Shown here one piece after another: positions 48,990-60,180 of a stretch of 64,000 nt of DNA (position 1 is its first letter; each line of letters begins with the position of its first letter). The DNA comes from a virus. The stretch spans positions 64,001 to 128,000 of the IMG/VR virus record IMGVR_UViG_3300035703_000016; one strand, given 5' to 3'. Made by a program: the position numbers and the translations under genes. The notes under the pieces were generated by a model. That model was given only the letters and a program-made list of their open reading frames with translations. It made no database searches and was not told the origin of the DNA.

Positions 48990-49463
48990 ATGACAAAAAC
49001 AGATCTTTTTAGAAAAATTATTAGAGAAGAGGTTCAAAAAGCTCTAAGAGATGAGATGCCTAAAATACTAAAAGAAATAAAAATAAGTTCTAATAATAAA
49101 GAAAATTTAAAAGAAAGTACAAAAGACATATATGGAGTTCCATTAACTCTAAATGAACCAAGAAAACCTCAACCTATCAATAAAAAAGAACTTCCATCTT
49201 TTGCAAAAAATCAATCAATAAATAGTTTATTACAAGAGACTATGTTAAGCATGACAAGCGATGACGCAATGGGATTTGGAGTAAATACTGAAGAAGTGCA
49301 TCCAATGCAAGTTTTTCAACCTGTAGAAGATAAAGTAGGAGGAGTGGAAGATATGTTAAGATCAGCAAGACCTTCTGGTAATTTAGAAGCTGTTCAGGTA
49401 AATGTAGTTCCAGATTTTAGTGCATTAATGGATAGACTTATTCAATCAGGTGATATGAAATAA
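48990..49463 (+). CDS. hypothetical protein (FRKIIREEV N-terminus)
   Basis: ORF track; I/L-x-E sites (IIRE, ILKE, NLKE, LLQE). Confidence 0.55.
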   Translation: MTKTDLFRKIIREEVQKALRDEMPKILKEIKISSNNKENLKESTKDIYGVPLTLNEPRKPQPINKKELPSFAKNQSINSLLQETMLSMTSDDAMGFGVNTEEVHPMQVFQPVEDKVGGVEDMLRSARPSGNLEAVQVNVVPDFSALMDRLIQSGDMK

Positions 49464-49464
49464 T

Positions 49465-49875
49465 ATGGCATACGGACTTAAACAAATACCCATAGTTGAT
49501 TTAAAACCATCTACTGCACTAGGAGTTGCGCTTCCTTTTCAAGCAAAAAATGTTTTTACTTCTGTATATTCAACAGCAGAACAAACAAAATATAACATGA
49601 TAAATTTTATGTTAACTGATAGAAGAGAAAGACCATTTAATCCAAACTTTGGAGCAGGACTCAGATCTAGATTATTTGAACAAATTACTCAAGATGATTT
49701 AGATAATCTAAAACAAACTATAACAAATCAAATAGAGTCGTATTTTCCAAATGTTCAAGTAAATAAACTAGATGTAATTGGTAATCCTGACGATAATTCT
49801 ATATCAGTAACAATGTCTTATTCTTTAAAAAATATTAAAGTTTCAGACAACCTAGTCATAAAGATACAAAATTAA
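49465..49875 (+). CDS. gp25: baseplate wedge protein (T4 gp25-like)
   Basis: LT.R.ERPFNPNFGAGLR..LFE motif. Confidence 0.9.
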   Translation: MAYGLKQIPIVDLKPSTALGVALPFQAKNVFTSVYSTAEQTKYNMINFMLTDRRERPFNPNFGAGLRSRLFEQITQDDLDNLKQTITNQIESYFPNVQVNKLDVIGNPDDNSISVTMSYSLKNIKVSDNLVIKIQN

Positions 49876-49880
49876 ATGAA

Positions 49881-51719
49881 ATGTCGAATCAAATAAAAGA
49901 TATAAAGTACATAAATAAAAACTTTGATTCATTCAAAGGAGAACTTATAGAATATGCAAAAGCATATTTTCCTCAAAGTTATACAGACTTTAGTCAACCA
50001 GGTCCAGGTTCAATGTTTATTGAAATGGCATCTTATGTAGGAGACGTTTTATCTTTTTATCTTGATAATCAGATACAAGAGACTTTTATTCAATACGCAA
50101 AACAAGGAAATAATCTATATCCTCTAGCTTATATGTTAGGGTATAGACCAAAAGTCGTATCAACCGCTTTAGTTAATTTAGATGTATATCAACAAATACC
50201 ATCAAAACAAGTAGGACCTGATTATGTTCCAGACTGGGATTACGCATTGAATATAGAACAGGGAATGCAAGTAAAATCTAATGTAAATTCTAATGTTTAT
50301 TTTTATGTACCTCAAAGAATAAATTTTACATTGTCTTCTTCATTAGATCCAACTGAAATCTCAGTATATTCATTATCTGGAGCCAATCCAGCATCTTATT
50401 TATTGAAAAAAACAACACCTGCTATATCTGGTCAAATAAAAACTATTTCATTTACTTTTGGAGCAGCTGAAAGATTTAACACTGTAACTATTAATGACTC
50501 TAATATAGTATCTATTGTCTCTGCTGTTGATAGTTCAGGAAATAATTGGTATGAAGTTCCATATCTTGCTCAAGATTTTATACTTAGCGGTTCGGTAAAT
50601 AATGGATCTGATAAAAGCATGGTACCTTATATTATGCAAAAGGTAACGACTCCTAGAAGATTTACATCTAGATTTCAATCAAATGAAAGTCTAATGATAG
50701 AATTTGGAGCTGGGATAAATTCGAATAATGACACTTCTTATATACCTAATCCAAATTCTGTAAGCGTTGGATTAACTGGAGGAGGACTAAGTCAAATTAA
50801 TACTGCTTATGATCCTACAAACTTTGTAACTACTCAGACATATGGCCTTAGTCCTAAAAATACGACTATAACGATATCATATCTAGTTGCTGGAGGTTCT
50901 CAAGACAATGCATTAGCTAATCAATTAACTATTCCAGTGTCATTTGTTGCCACTGGCACTAATACTGCATATCAAAACACAATTGTTACTAATAACCCCA
51001 ATGCTGCTTCTGGAGGAGGAGACGGCGACACCGCTTTAGAATTAAGAATGAATTCAATGGCAGAGTTTCCTACTCAATATAGAGCCGTAACTGAACAAGA
51101 TTATCTTGCAAGAACTCTTAGTATGCCAGGACAATGGGGAAAAGTATCTAAAGCCTATGTTACGAAAGACGATATAACTTTTTCAAATTATAATTCAAGT
51201 GATCCTGCTGATAGAGATCCAATCTTAATGAGCTTATATGTACTTGGTCTAGACTTTAACGGAAAATTAGCCGTTCCATCAATAAATCTAGTTGAAAACA
51301 TAAAAACTTATCTTCAGAATTATAGAATGATGACAGATTCTATAAAAATAAAACCCGCATATATTATAAACATAGGCGTAAATTATGATATTGTATTAAG
51401 ACCTAATTATAATGGACAAGACGTATTAACAAGGACTCTAATTGCAGTACAGGGATTTTTTAATATAGATAATTGGCAAATAAATCAACCAATTGTTTTA
51501 TCAAATCTGTATACTATTATAGATTCTGTAGAGGGTGTTCAAACAGTAAAAAATATAGAAATAGTAAATCTATCAGGAGAAATTAATGGATATTCTAAGT
51601 ATAGTTATGACATAAAAGGGGCTACAAATAATAATGTAGTATATCCGTCTCTAGATCCATCAATATTTGAAGTAAAATATCCAAATATAGACATAAAAGG
51701 TAGAATTGTTCAATTATAA
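49881..51719 (+). CDS. gp6: baseplate wedge protein (T4 gp6 / baseplate J-like)
   Basis: YFP.SYTDFS, MASYVGDVLSFYLD, LAYMLGYRP, EFG.G, A.GG.D and RAVT..DY motifs. Confidence 0.9.
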   Translation: MSNQIKDIKYINKNFDSFKGELIEYAKAYFPQSYTDFSQPGPGSMFIEMASYVGDVLSFYLDNQIQETFIQYAKQGNNLYPLAYMLGYRPKVVSTALVNLDVYQQIPSKQVGPDYVPDWDYALNIEQGMQVKSNVNSNVYFYVPQRINFTLSSSLDPTEISVYSLSGANPASYLLKKTTPAISGQIKTISFTFGAAERFNTVTINDSNIVSIVSAVDSSGNNWYEVPYLAQDFILSGSVNNGSDKSMVPYIMQKVTTPRRFTSRFQSNESLMIEFGAGINSNNDTSYIPNPNSVSVGLTGGGLSQINTAYDPTNFVTTQTYGLSPKNTTITISYLVAGGSQDNALANQLTIPVSFVATGTNTAYQNTIVTNNPNAASGGGDGDTALELRMNSMAEFPTQYRAVTEQDYLARTLSMPGQWGKVSKAYVTKDDITFSNYNSSDPADRDPILMSLYVLGLDFNGKLAVPSINLVENIKTYLQNYRMMTDSIKIKPAYIINIGVNYDIVLRPNYNGQDVLTRTLIAVQGFFNIDNWQINQPIVLSNLYTIIDSVEGVQTVKNIEIVNLSGEINGYSKYSYDIKGATNNNVVYPSLDPSIFEVKYPNIDIKGRIVQL

Positions 51720-51729
51720 TTATTAAAAA

Positions 51730-52821
51730 ATGGCAGTATACAAAATATTCGCGTCTGCAGATTCTACTCTATACTCTGCATATCCTACCCAAAATAGCGG
51801 ATTAGACGAAATTTTAGAAGTTGGATGCAAAAACGGCCAACTTCCAGAAGTAGTATTACAATCTAATTCAGCAGATGATATTAGAAGATCTGTAGTTACT
51901 TTTTCTAATGAAGATATAGTAAAAGCTATAAATTTAGTTGAATCGACTGGATCCTATGAAGTAAATTTAAGACTTTATTTTGCTAATGCAGAAAATTTGA
52001 ACACAACATACACTCTGTATGTGCATCCACTATCTCAAAGTTGGGATATGGGGACTGGAAAGTTTTTAGACACTCCTGAAATAAAAAATGGAGTATCTTG
52101 GAAAAATAAAACTCAGACTTTACCTTGGATAGATCCTACAAGTTACTTTAATACTGTTGGAGGAGGTACATGGAATAATTCTATTTCTTTATCTCAATCA
52201 TTTAATTATAAAGATTCAAAAGATTTAAACATAGGAAATTTATCTTCAATTGTTAATAGTTGGCATGACGACTTAAGTACTAACTATGGACTTATAGTAA
52301 AAATGTCATCTTCTATTGAACAAAATACTGGAAGTTATATAAATTTAAATTTTTTTAGTGTAGATACTCATACTATATATCCTCCAACATTAGAATTTAA
52401 ATGGGACGATAGTTCTTATTCTACTGGAAGTTTATCAATTGTTTCTAATAATAATGCAATAATTACATTAGGAAATAATCCAAATGTATTTAAGGATGAC
52501 ACTTCTAAATATATTTTTACTGTAAACGCAAGAGATAAATACCCTGCTAGAGCTTTTACAACATCTTCAATCTATACAGTAAATAAAGCTCTCCCAAGTT
52601 CATCATATTGGGCACTTCAAGATGTAAAAACAGAAGAATTAGTCATAGATTTTGATACTAATTACACTAAAATAAGTTGTAATGAAAATGGATCATATTT
52701 TCCTATTTATATAAATGGATTAGAGCCAGAAAGGTATTATAAAGTACTAATAAGAGTAGATTTACCAACTGGAGAAAGCATAGACATCGATGGAAATAAT
52801 ACTTTTAAAATTATAAGATAA
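51730..52821 (+). CDS. baseplate/virion structural protein (DNRLRE-like beta-sandwich)
   Basis: DSTLYS..P..NSGLDEILE, SWDMGTG and FFS.DTHTIYPP.LE.KWDD motifs. Confidence 0.6.
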   Translation: MAVYKIFASADSTLYSAYPTQNSGLDEILEVGCKNGQLPEVVLQSNSADDIRRSVVTFSNEDIVKAINLVESTGSYEVNLRLYFANAENLNTTYTLYVHPLSQSWDMGTGKFLDTPEIKNGVSWKNKTQTLPWIDPTSYFNTVGGGTWNNSISLSQSFNYKDSKDLNIGNLSSIVNSWHDDLSTNYGLIVKMSSSIEQNTGSYINLNFFSVDTHTIYPPTLEFKWDDSSYSTGSLSIVSNNNAIITLGNNPNVFKDDTSKYIFTVNARDKYPARAFTTSSIYTVNKALPSSSYWALQDVKTEELVIDFDTNYTKISCNENGSYFPIYINGLEPERYYKVLIRVDLPTGESIDIDGNNTFKIIR

Positions 52822-52822
52822 A

Positions 52823-53164
52823 ATGTCTGAAAATATAACGCTAATAAAAGAAGTTAGAGGACTTAATACTTATAAAAAAGTAGTAGATACTAGCTTTACT
52901 GAACTAGTTACACCAGTTCAAGAAATTTCAGCCCCTATAGTTACTGTTAGCGATTTTTTTAACTACTATGATCAACTATTTTTTGATATTCCTGCTACTG
53001 GAGTAACAAATTCTCATACGTACTTAATAGAAAAAAGTCAACAGTACGTAGGAGATGGCATAATTGATCAAGAAAAACAGGCTCTAATAGAAGAAATAAA
53101 TTCATTAAGAGAGCAATTAAATGATTTAAGCTCAACTTATCTTAACATCTCACAATTAACATAA
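52823..53164 (+). CDS. hypothetical baseplate-module protein
   Basis: FF..YD.LFFDIP..G..NSH.YL; C-terminal coiled coil. Confidence 0.55.
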   Translation: MSENITLIKEVRGLNTYKKVVDTSFTELVTPVQEISAPIVTVSDFFNYYDQLFFDIPATGVTNSHTYLIEKSQQYVGDGIIDQEKQALIEEINSLREQLNDLSSTYLNISQLT

Positions 53165-56100
53165 TGACAGAGATAGTAAATATATCATATGTAGGGTCTG
53201 GAATAGAAACTCAGACTTATACAGAAAAAGACAATTCTCTCATAACAAATAGTTTTATCTATACGCAATTTGGAGATCCAAAGGATAGCATAGAGTATTT
53301 TATTTATGACGGAACGGGAAATTTAATAGATAAAGTTTATAATTCAACGAGTTATAAACCAAATTCTTCTGTAAATTCATCTACAGATCTGTATGGGTCT
53401 ATCATTTTAGACCCTAAATCGGATTTACTATCTAGAGGATTTAATAGAGGAACTTTAGACATTCAATATAATTTTCTTAGAAATCTTTTTAATTCTTCTT
53501 ACGGGAAGTTTTATTGGATTAAAGAAATATCTCCCAGTAGAACAGAAATTAGATTAGCTTCTCAGAATATAAGCAATATCGATATTTTATCTGGATTTAA
53601 TCAATATCAATCATATATAGCTAGTTTAAATTACTATAATGATTTTTATCTTAATTTTGGAGATAATAAACATATAATAGCTGTCAACGTAGCGTATACA
53701 GAAGACGAATCTGGCGCTTATTTATTAATTAAGCTATATGAACCATTACCAAGTGATTTCGATGTCAAGGATCAGCTCTGGATATCAGAAAAGATAGCTG
53801 AATCTAGTAGATATACAGTAGATATTCAAATAGAAGCCTCTAATATAGTAGAACAAAATGTATTAAGAGGACCAAATTATAATATTAATTTAAATCAACA
53901 AATATCTCAAACAACTCCTTATTACTCTTATTCTGGATTAACCTCTACTTCTGTATCAAGCTCATTTCAAAAAATGATGAGTTATTATCAAGACAGAGCA
54001 ATGGAAATAAATGTTGATTATTCTGACTTTTCAAATTTTATACATTTTTCTAGCGTAAATTCTAGAATACAAAACTTTTATTCTAAAGTTTCTAATATAG
54101 AAAATTATAATAATATAATTATAAGTCAAAGTAGTATATTAGATACATCTGGAGTAGTTAGTAGTTCTATAGTTGGGTTAAGAAATGATATTAATTCAAT
54201 TATAACTAATTTTGATCCGTATGAGTATTATTTATACTTTGGTTCAGGTTCATATACTTGGCCAAAAAGTAACGCTGTTCAGCCATATTCTCTATACTCT
54301 GTTACATCTTCTGTTGCGATAAATTGGATGAATTCATCTCTCCAATCAGCATCTCTATTTGATAATACAAATAAAGATTTATTAACTAATATTATACCTC
54401 AATATATTTTAGATGATGAATCTAATGCTCCATACGTTAGTTTTGTAAACATGATAGGGCAGCATTTTGATAATATTTGGATATATTATAAAGATGTTAC
54501 TAATAGATTTCAAGCTACTAATAATCCATCTACTGGAATTTCATTAGACTTAGTAGCTGACGCTCTTATAGGACTTGGAAGTACGTTATACACTAATTCT
54601 AATTTATCAGATAATCTATATTATAGTCTTTTTGGAATAAATGAAGACGGATCTTTATTACCTCCTACTGGGTCGGAAAAAAATATAACATATATAACTT
54701 CAAGTTTAGAAACTCTAAGTCCAAAAACTATTCAAAGTGAGATATATAAAAGAATTTATCATAATATTCCCTATTTATATAAAACAAAGGGGACTAGAAA
54801 TTGTATAGATGCCATAGTTAATATTTTTGGGATTCCTAAATCTATACTGACCATTGACGAATTTGGGGGATATGAAAGAGATTTATATACTGGTCTAGAT
54901 TCTGCATATAATACTAAAATAACAGGATCTACGGCTGTAGACGAAGTTAGTGGATCTACTCTAAATCCTAATGTGACTATTCAATATTACAATAATACAG
55001 ATAGAATTAATTCTAATAATTTAGAATTTGGATTTTCTCCTGCTAACTCTATAAATAATTTTATATCTTCATCTAGAGGATTTATAAATATTGATCAGTT
55101 AATAGGAGATCCATCATACCAATACTCATCTTCTTATTTAGGATTACAAGAGTACCAGAATTCGTTTTTTACTGGGTCTCAGGTTCATGACATATATGAA
55201 TACATTAGACTTTTAAAATACTTTGATAATTCTTTATTTAAAATGATAAAGGATTACGTTCCAGCAAGATCGAATTTATCAAATGGATTAATAGTAAAAT
55301 CTCACGTTTTAGAGAGAAATAGATATGAAAGACATGAGCCAATTGTAGAAAATGACTTTAATTATTCTCAATCTCTAGAGACTTCTGTAATTTCTGCTAC
55401 TGATGCTCCAGTCTTATTATTTCCTACATCTTATACGACTGAAACTCAATATACAGTAGTTAGTCCATACATAGCAACAGGATCAAATAATACATATGGA
55501 CCGGTTAGAATTAATAATAATTATTCTTGGGAAAAATACACCGGTGAATTTGGAGGATCTAAAATAGATGCGGCATACGGTGAATTTAGTCAATTAGAAA
55601 GATCGTCTATTACAAGTCCATGGACATCTTCTGTAGCGTCTACACAATCAATATTCACATTTTATAATAATGGAGCCTTTATTAATAATGTTATTAACTC
55701 TCAAGAATCATCTAAATTTATAAATGCGGAATATAGTTATGGAATTGATTCTCCAATAAACTTTGCTAGTATAGTTTCTCAATCATCTTGTGAAAATTGT
55801 CACAGAATAGATTGTTTAACATATCAATTATATAATGGAGATACTTCACCTTCTCTATATAGCTATATTGACTGTAACAACTTATATTATGATAGTTCTT
55901 CTATAAATCCAACTTCAAGTGTTTATATATGCGTTAAACCTGGAACTTTATTAACTTCATCATTTATTACGTCTAGTATTTTAGGAAATTGTGGAGCTCT
56001 AAGAGTAGATACTCCATATGGTTCTTGCTATAAAACAACGATAACTAATTTTAATACATCAGATAGTTTAGATATAAATTGGACTAATTGTAATGGATCT

Positions 56101-58395
56101 ACTGGATCAGCAACAATCCCAGCTGGAGCCGGAGTAGAGTCAGCTCAACAGTGCGTTAGAAGAGGGTCTATGCAAATATCAAGACTTGCAATATCTCCAA
56201 CATATAGCGTATCTGAGTATAATGAATGCGGAGTATTTTCAAACAGCCCTTCATGTTATTCTTTTACTGGTTCTTGGAGTGCAACTGGAGGTGGGGAAAC
56301 TGGGTCATATAAAGACTGTTATACGGGAGAGACTATATTTCAAATATTTCCTGACGGAGGTCCAACAACTGTTAGAGTATCATGTGCACAGACTGGGAGT
56401 TTTAGAGTATTTACAAATAACGGATCAACTATAGTGTCATCTCTATCAAATGTGATTTTATGTGCGAATCCTGGAGAAATTATCCCAGATCCTGAAAATT
56501 CAAGATGTATAAAACTAGATGCAGTTTCTGTTGGAGTTGGGTATTATACATTAGGATATGATAAATGTAATGGAGAATCGGTATTACTTTCTGGAAGTTC
56601 TATTGGAGAATCATTAGTATTAAATGATTGCGTAAGACTAAATTCTATAGTATCTTCTAATGTAGTTGCAATAATAACAGGGTCATATTGCGGATACTAT
56701 TCTAAAGAAAAAGAGTATACTGGGTCTTTAGACTATGCTGAAATTCAAGATTATAACTATAATAGAACAAGTGCTGTACATTCTAAATATGCTGGAGCAA
56801 AGTACTCAAATCAAGACACTAGTCAAGATTGGAAATTTGGAGCTTCTTACAATCCAAGAGATTACTACGTAGATTATACAGGACTATTCACTGAAATTCA
56901 ATCTAGTTCATACGATCCTTCTCAAATGATAGTTAAATTGCCATATCTTGCAAATATATCAGGAGGAATTCAAGAATTAAATTTACAAAATGAAAATTTA
57001 GTATACTTTCAGAGCATTTATAAGCCTGGAACAAACGTTACGTTAAAACAATTTAATTCGACTCAATACTCTAATCAAAAATATTTAGATAAATCATTTA
57101 AGATAGTAGAAAGCGGATTTTCTTATAGACCATATTTTTATAGAAAAATGGGACAACAGTATGAATGTTATGATTTATCTATAGGAGGAGATTCATTCTT
57201 GAGTGGATCAAAAGCTCTAAGAGAGACAAGTATAAAAAGCGGCGTTGAGAATGATATCGTCAATTCAATTTTTTATCCGGATCCTTTTGGTCTTGCACGA
57301 TCATTCTCAACTATTCCTTCAGGATCTTCATTATCTGGAAGTTGGAATTGGTATAATACTAGTTTAGATATTGGAGCTTCGACATCTAGTAGTTTAGCTA
57401 CAAATATAATAAGTGATCCTAATAATCTACTTACCGCATATTCTAGTGGAAGTGGAGATTTATCGGGATCATTTTATACTGTTCCATTTGACGGAGTTTA
57501 TAGTATTACTGCTGGGTTTCCATGGAATATGAGAATAGTGGAAGTCCCAACACTAACTGCAAATTTTAGAGTAAAAGTAGAAATATTAAGAAATGCTACT
57601 ACTTCTTCCGGATTTTTAGAAGGAGAAATATTGGCAACTAAGACAGATACTGTCTCAAGCGGAGATGCTGGGGTTGTATATGGCGGATTTACTACGGCCC
57701 AAATACTAAACACCCCATTACAATTTGGACAAACGATCTGGACTAAAGTATCTATACAGGCTGGGTTTAATGATGTTCAAGTTTTTGGAATGGGAGCTTA
57801 TTTTGAAGCAGAGAGTTCTAAGTTTAATGGCTCATATTGTATTAATCCAAGTTCTGCTATTAATAAATTATTTGATACTTCTAGTTTTTTACCTGGAAAT
57901 AATGTACTTACTATTAGTGAAAATATGAATCCATTTTTTTTAGAAAATGTAACATTCATTCCATCATATACATCCGGATCTATTACTGAGTCTCCGTTAT
58001 ATGAAACTTTTGGCGAAGTAGACTATGGAACTAAAATAGAAGAAGGAGACTATTTATATCTATATTACAGCGGAATTAGCGTAGGATATTCAGTAGGTGG
58101 AATGTCAACTCCTATATTAAGTAGAATAACTTCTATTACTACTGGAAGCGTAACTAGTAGTTTTACAGTATATCCAAATTTACCTAGTTATATAACTAAT
58201 GGAAATTTAAACTCGTATGATAAATTAGTATTTACAAAAAGAATTCCAGACGAAACTACAATTACTCTTAGAGGAAAAAAGAATGCTGGAAAAACATCTT
58301 ATGGATTTGCAATACCTCAAGATATAAATCCAGAGATTCTAAAAAATGCAAATACTCTTCAATCAACTATACAATCTCAAATATTAAACTATTAA
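53164..58395 (+). CDS. large baseplate wedge protein (gp7 / tail protein I-like core) with Cys-rich repeat insert
   Basis: MIGQHFD.IW, RIYHNIPYLYKTKGT...FGIP and FKMIKDYVPARS motifs; 1743 aa. Confidence 0.7.
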   Translation: MTEIVNISYVGSGIETQTYTEKDNSLITNSFIYTQFGDPKDSIEYFIYDGTGNLIDKVYNSTSYKPNSSVNSSTDLYGSIILDPKSDLLSRGFNRGTLDIQYNFLRNLFNSSYGKFYWIKEISPSRTEIRLASQNISNIDILSGFNQYQSYIASLNYYNDFYLNFGDNKHIIAVNVAYTEDESGAYLLIKLYEPLPSDFDVKDQLWISEKIAESSRYTVDIQIEASNIVEQNVLRGPNYNINLNQQISQTTPYYSYSGLTSTSVSSSFQKMMSYYQDRAMEINVDYSDFSNFIHFSSVNSRIQNFYSKVSNIENYNNIIISQSSILDTSGVVSSSIVGLRNDINSIITNFDPYEYYLYFGSGSYTWPKSNAVQPYSLYSVTSSVAINWMNSSLQSASLFDNTNKDLLTNIIPQYILDDESNAPYVSFVNMIGQHFDNIWIYYKDVTNRFQATNNPSTGISLDLVADALIGLGSTLYTNSNLSDNLYYSLFGINEDGSLLPPTGSEKNITYITSSLETLSPKTIQSEIYKRIYHNIPYLYKTKGTRNCIDAIVNIFGIPKSILTIDEFGGYERDLYTGLDSAYNTKITGSTAVDEVSGSTLNPNVTIQYYNNTDRINSNNLEFGFSPANSINNFISSSRGFINIDQLIGDPSYQYSSSYLGLQEYQNSFFTGSQVHDIYEYIRLLKYFDNSLFKMIKDYVPARSNLSNGLIVKSHVLERNRYERHEPIVENDFNYSQSLETSVISATDAPVLLFPTSYTTETQYTVVSPYIATGSNNTYGPVRINNNYSWEKYTGEFGGSKIDAAYGEFSQLERSSITSPWTSSVASTQSIFTFYNNGAFINNVINSQESSKFINAEYSYGIDSPINFASIVSQSSCENCHRIDCLTYQLYNGDTSPSLYSYIDCNNLYYDSSSINPTSSVYICVKPGTLLTSSFITSSILGNCGALRVDTPYGSCYKTTITNFNTSDSLDINWTNCNGSTGSATIPAGAGVESAQQCVRRGSMQISRLAISPTYSVSEYNECGVFSNSPSCYSFTGSWSATGGGETGSYKDCYTGETIFQIFPDGGPTTVRVSCAQTGSFRVFTNNGSTIVSSLSNVILCANPGEIIPDPENSRCIKLDAVSVGVGYYTLGYDKCNGESVLLSGSSIGESLVLNDCVRLNSIVSSNVVAIITGSYCGYYSKEKEYTGSLDYAEIQDYNYNRTSAVHSKYAGAKYSNQDTSQDWKFGASYNPRDYYVDYTGLFTEIQSSSYDPSQMIVKLPYLANISGGIQELNLQNENLVYFQSIYKPGTNVTLKQFNSTQYSNQKYLDKSFKIVESGFSYRPYFYRKMGQQYECYDLSIGGDSFLSGSKALRETSIKSGVENDIVNSIFYPDPFGLARSFSTIPSGSSLSGSWNWYNTSLDIGASTSSSLATNIISDPNNLLTAYSSGSGDLSGSFYTVPFDGVYSITAGFPWNMRIVEVPTLTANFRVKVEILRNATTSSGFLEGEILATKTDTVSSGDAGVVYGGFTTAQILNTPLQFGQTIWTKVSIQAGFNDVQVFGMGAYFEAESSKFNGSYCINPSSAINKLFDTSSFLPGNNVLTISENMNPFFLENVTFIPSYTSGSITESPLYETFGEVDYGTKIEEGDYLYLYYSGISVGYSVGGMSTPILSRITSITTGSVTSSFTVYPNLPSYITNGNLNSYDKLVFTKRIPDETTITLRGKKNAGKTSYGFAIPQDINPEILKNANTLQSTIQSQILNY
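55813..56694 (+). repeat. four degenerate Cys-rich protein modules (about 65-75 aa each)
   Basis: Pattern C-x~20-[YW]xxC-x~20-C-x3-[GN][ST]-x~15-C repeated four times. Confidence 0.6.
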
Positions 58396-58400
58396 TTTAG

Positions 58401-58409
58401 ATATTTATA
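58401..58409 (+). promoter_or_regulatory. ATATTTATA late-promoter-like motif
   Basis: Upstream of the ATG at 58433. Confidence 0.55.
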
Positions 58410-58432
58410 AACATAAACAAGATAATTAAAAA

Positions 58433-59092
58433 ATGGCTTATTTAAATGGCACATCGGTGGTAATTGACGCCATCTTAACAAAAAAAGGAAGAGAATTACT
58501 CGCTAGAAATGATGGTTCTTTTAGAATAACGCAGTTTAGTTTAGCTGATGATGAGATAGACTATAGTCTTTATAATCCCTATCATCCATCAGGAAGTGCA
58601 TTTTATGGAGAAGCAATTCAGTCAATGCCAATTATACAAGCATATCCTGAAGATCAAGAAATAATGAAATATAAATTGATTACTTTACCGAGAGGAACCG
58701 GAGCAATTCCAGTAATAAGTTCAATTCCAACAAGTATTTCTCTTGTAATAGGCTCTCCATTATCAATTTCTCCTTCTACAGCAAATTACAATGGATCTAG
58801 TACATTTTTTGAAACTTCCGGATATCAATTTACTATAGGGGACGTAAGAACAATGTCAAATTTTACAGCAATAGGTATAAATACTCAAGACGCAGTTGCT
58901 CTAAATACAAGTACTACAATAGGTACAAATGTATCTAAAACTGTAATAGGAACTACTCTTAATTTATCCGCAACAACTATTAGATCTCTATTTGGATCTA
59001 GTACATCTTCTACTCTATCCACAGTCTTAACTATTGTAGGAAGAGACTCAGGAGCAAGAATTACAATACCAGTTACAATTACTCAAAGCTAA
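58433..59092 (+). CDS. virion structural protein (fibre-attachment-like N-terminus)
   Basis: DAILTKKGRELLA...FRITQFSLADDEIDY; C-terminal Ig-like strands. Confidence 0.6.
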   Translation: MAYLNGTSVVIDAILTKKGRELLARNDGSFRITQFSLADDEIDYSLYNPYHPSGSAFYGEAIQSMPIIQAYPEDQEIMKYKLITLPRGTGAIPVISSIPTSISLVIGSPLSISPSTANYNGSSTFFETSGYQFTIGDVRTMSNFTAIGINTQDAVALNTSTTIGTNVSKTVIGTTLNLSATTIRSLFGSSTSSTLSTVLTIVGRDSGARITIPVTITQS

Positions 59093-59106
59093 TAAAAAAT
59101 ATATAA

Positions 59107-60165
59107 ATGTCATTTACAACACTAGACGCTTCAGATTTCGTAATAAGTTCAGATTCAGTCGTAGCTCCAGCTTGGAGTACTGGAAATCCTACTTTAACAG
59201 GAGCTAACATGATAACAGCCTCTACTATATCCCCGGCGCCTGAATTTTATATAAATGTTTATGATACAGCTCTAACTGGATCAACAGCCGAAATACAATT
59301 TTCTATCGCATATGGTAATGCTTTAGGATCTGGTTCATCTTTATATAATGATTTAGTTCCAGGACTTAGTCCTTCAAGAACTACATACGGACAGTATAGA
59401 AATCTTGTATACGCAGATGAAACAAAGCTATTTAATTTTGGAACAGGAAATACTTCTTCTCCAGATATTATAGCTATTAATATAGATAGAAATAGATACA
59501 AAGAGAGCTTATTTCCGGGGACATTAAAATTAGTTTTATCTTCTGGAAGTAATGCAATAACTATTACAGATGACAGTGTCTACACAACTAATAATAATCT
59601 TACTGTTAATTTTGGAGATTGCGGAAGAATATTTAATTTAATATCTGGATCTTACGGATTACCAACATCTACAACAATAGGATCTTCAGCCGCTGGATAT
59701 ACTCCATCAGGATCTTATGGATTTTTCTTACCTGATATAGGCACTATAATATTAAATCCAAGAGCGTTAGCTCTACCTGCTGCTTCAGGAGGAATAGGGA
59801 TGGTAATAGATACATCTTCATACGCTCAAGGCACTTTAGCTTCATCAACAAATAATAATGAAATATTTAAAGTTGTAAAAAATGGACAATGCTTTCAATT
59901 AAATTCTCAAGAGACTGTATCTGCTAATTATGTATTTGTAAGAGTAAAAAATGGAGACTATAATTACAGTAATAACCCTTCATTTTTATCTGGATCTAGC
60001 GGACAATTAATATATCCTAGTCTTGTAAATAATCCACAAACATTTCCAACAACAGTGGGACTTTATAATAATAATGGCGATTTACTAGCTGTTGCTAAGA
60101 TGAGTAGACCTATGTTAAAAGACTTCACTAGAGAATCTTTGCTAAGAATAAAAATTGATTGGTAA
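59107..60165 (+). CDS. virion structural protein (baseplate/fibre attachment)
   Basis: YGQYRNL, RYKE.L.PG and TTVGLYN..GDLLAVAK motifs. Confidence 0.6.
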   Translation: MSFTTLDASDFVISSDSVVAPAWSTGNPTLTGANMITASTISPAPEFYINVYDTALTGSTAEIQFSIAYGNALGSGSSLYNDLVPGLSPSRTTYGQYRNLVYADETKLFNFGTGNTSSPDIIAINIDRNRYKESLFPGTLKLVLSSGSNAITITDDSVYTTNNNLTVNFGDCGRIFNLISGSYGLPTSTTIGSSAAGYTPSGSYGFFLPDIGTIILNPRALALPAASGGIGMVIDTSSYAQGTLASSTNNNEIFKVVKNGQCFQLNSQETVSANYVFVRVKNGDYNYSNNPSFLSGSSGQLIYPSLVNNPQTFPTTVGLYNNNGDLLAVAKMSRPMLKDFTRESLLRIKIDW

Positions 60166-60180
60166 AAATAAAATATTTAC

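Noticed and set aside
137-59501. Short opposite-strand or nested ORFs in the track (e.g. 137, 2015, 7140, 9452, 14851, 18256, 24036, 28913, 36451, 39689, 44463, 47857, 56186, 59259)
   Set aside because: They overlap well-supported genes, mostly start at TTG/GTG and show no motifs; they are shadow ORFs
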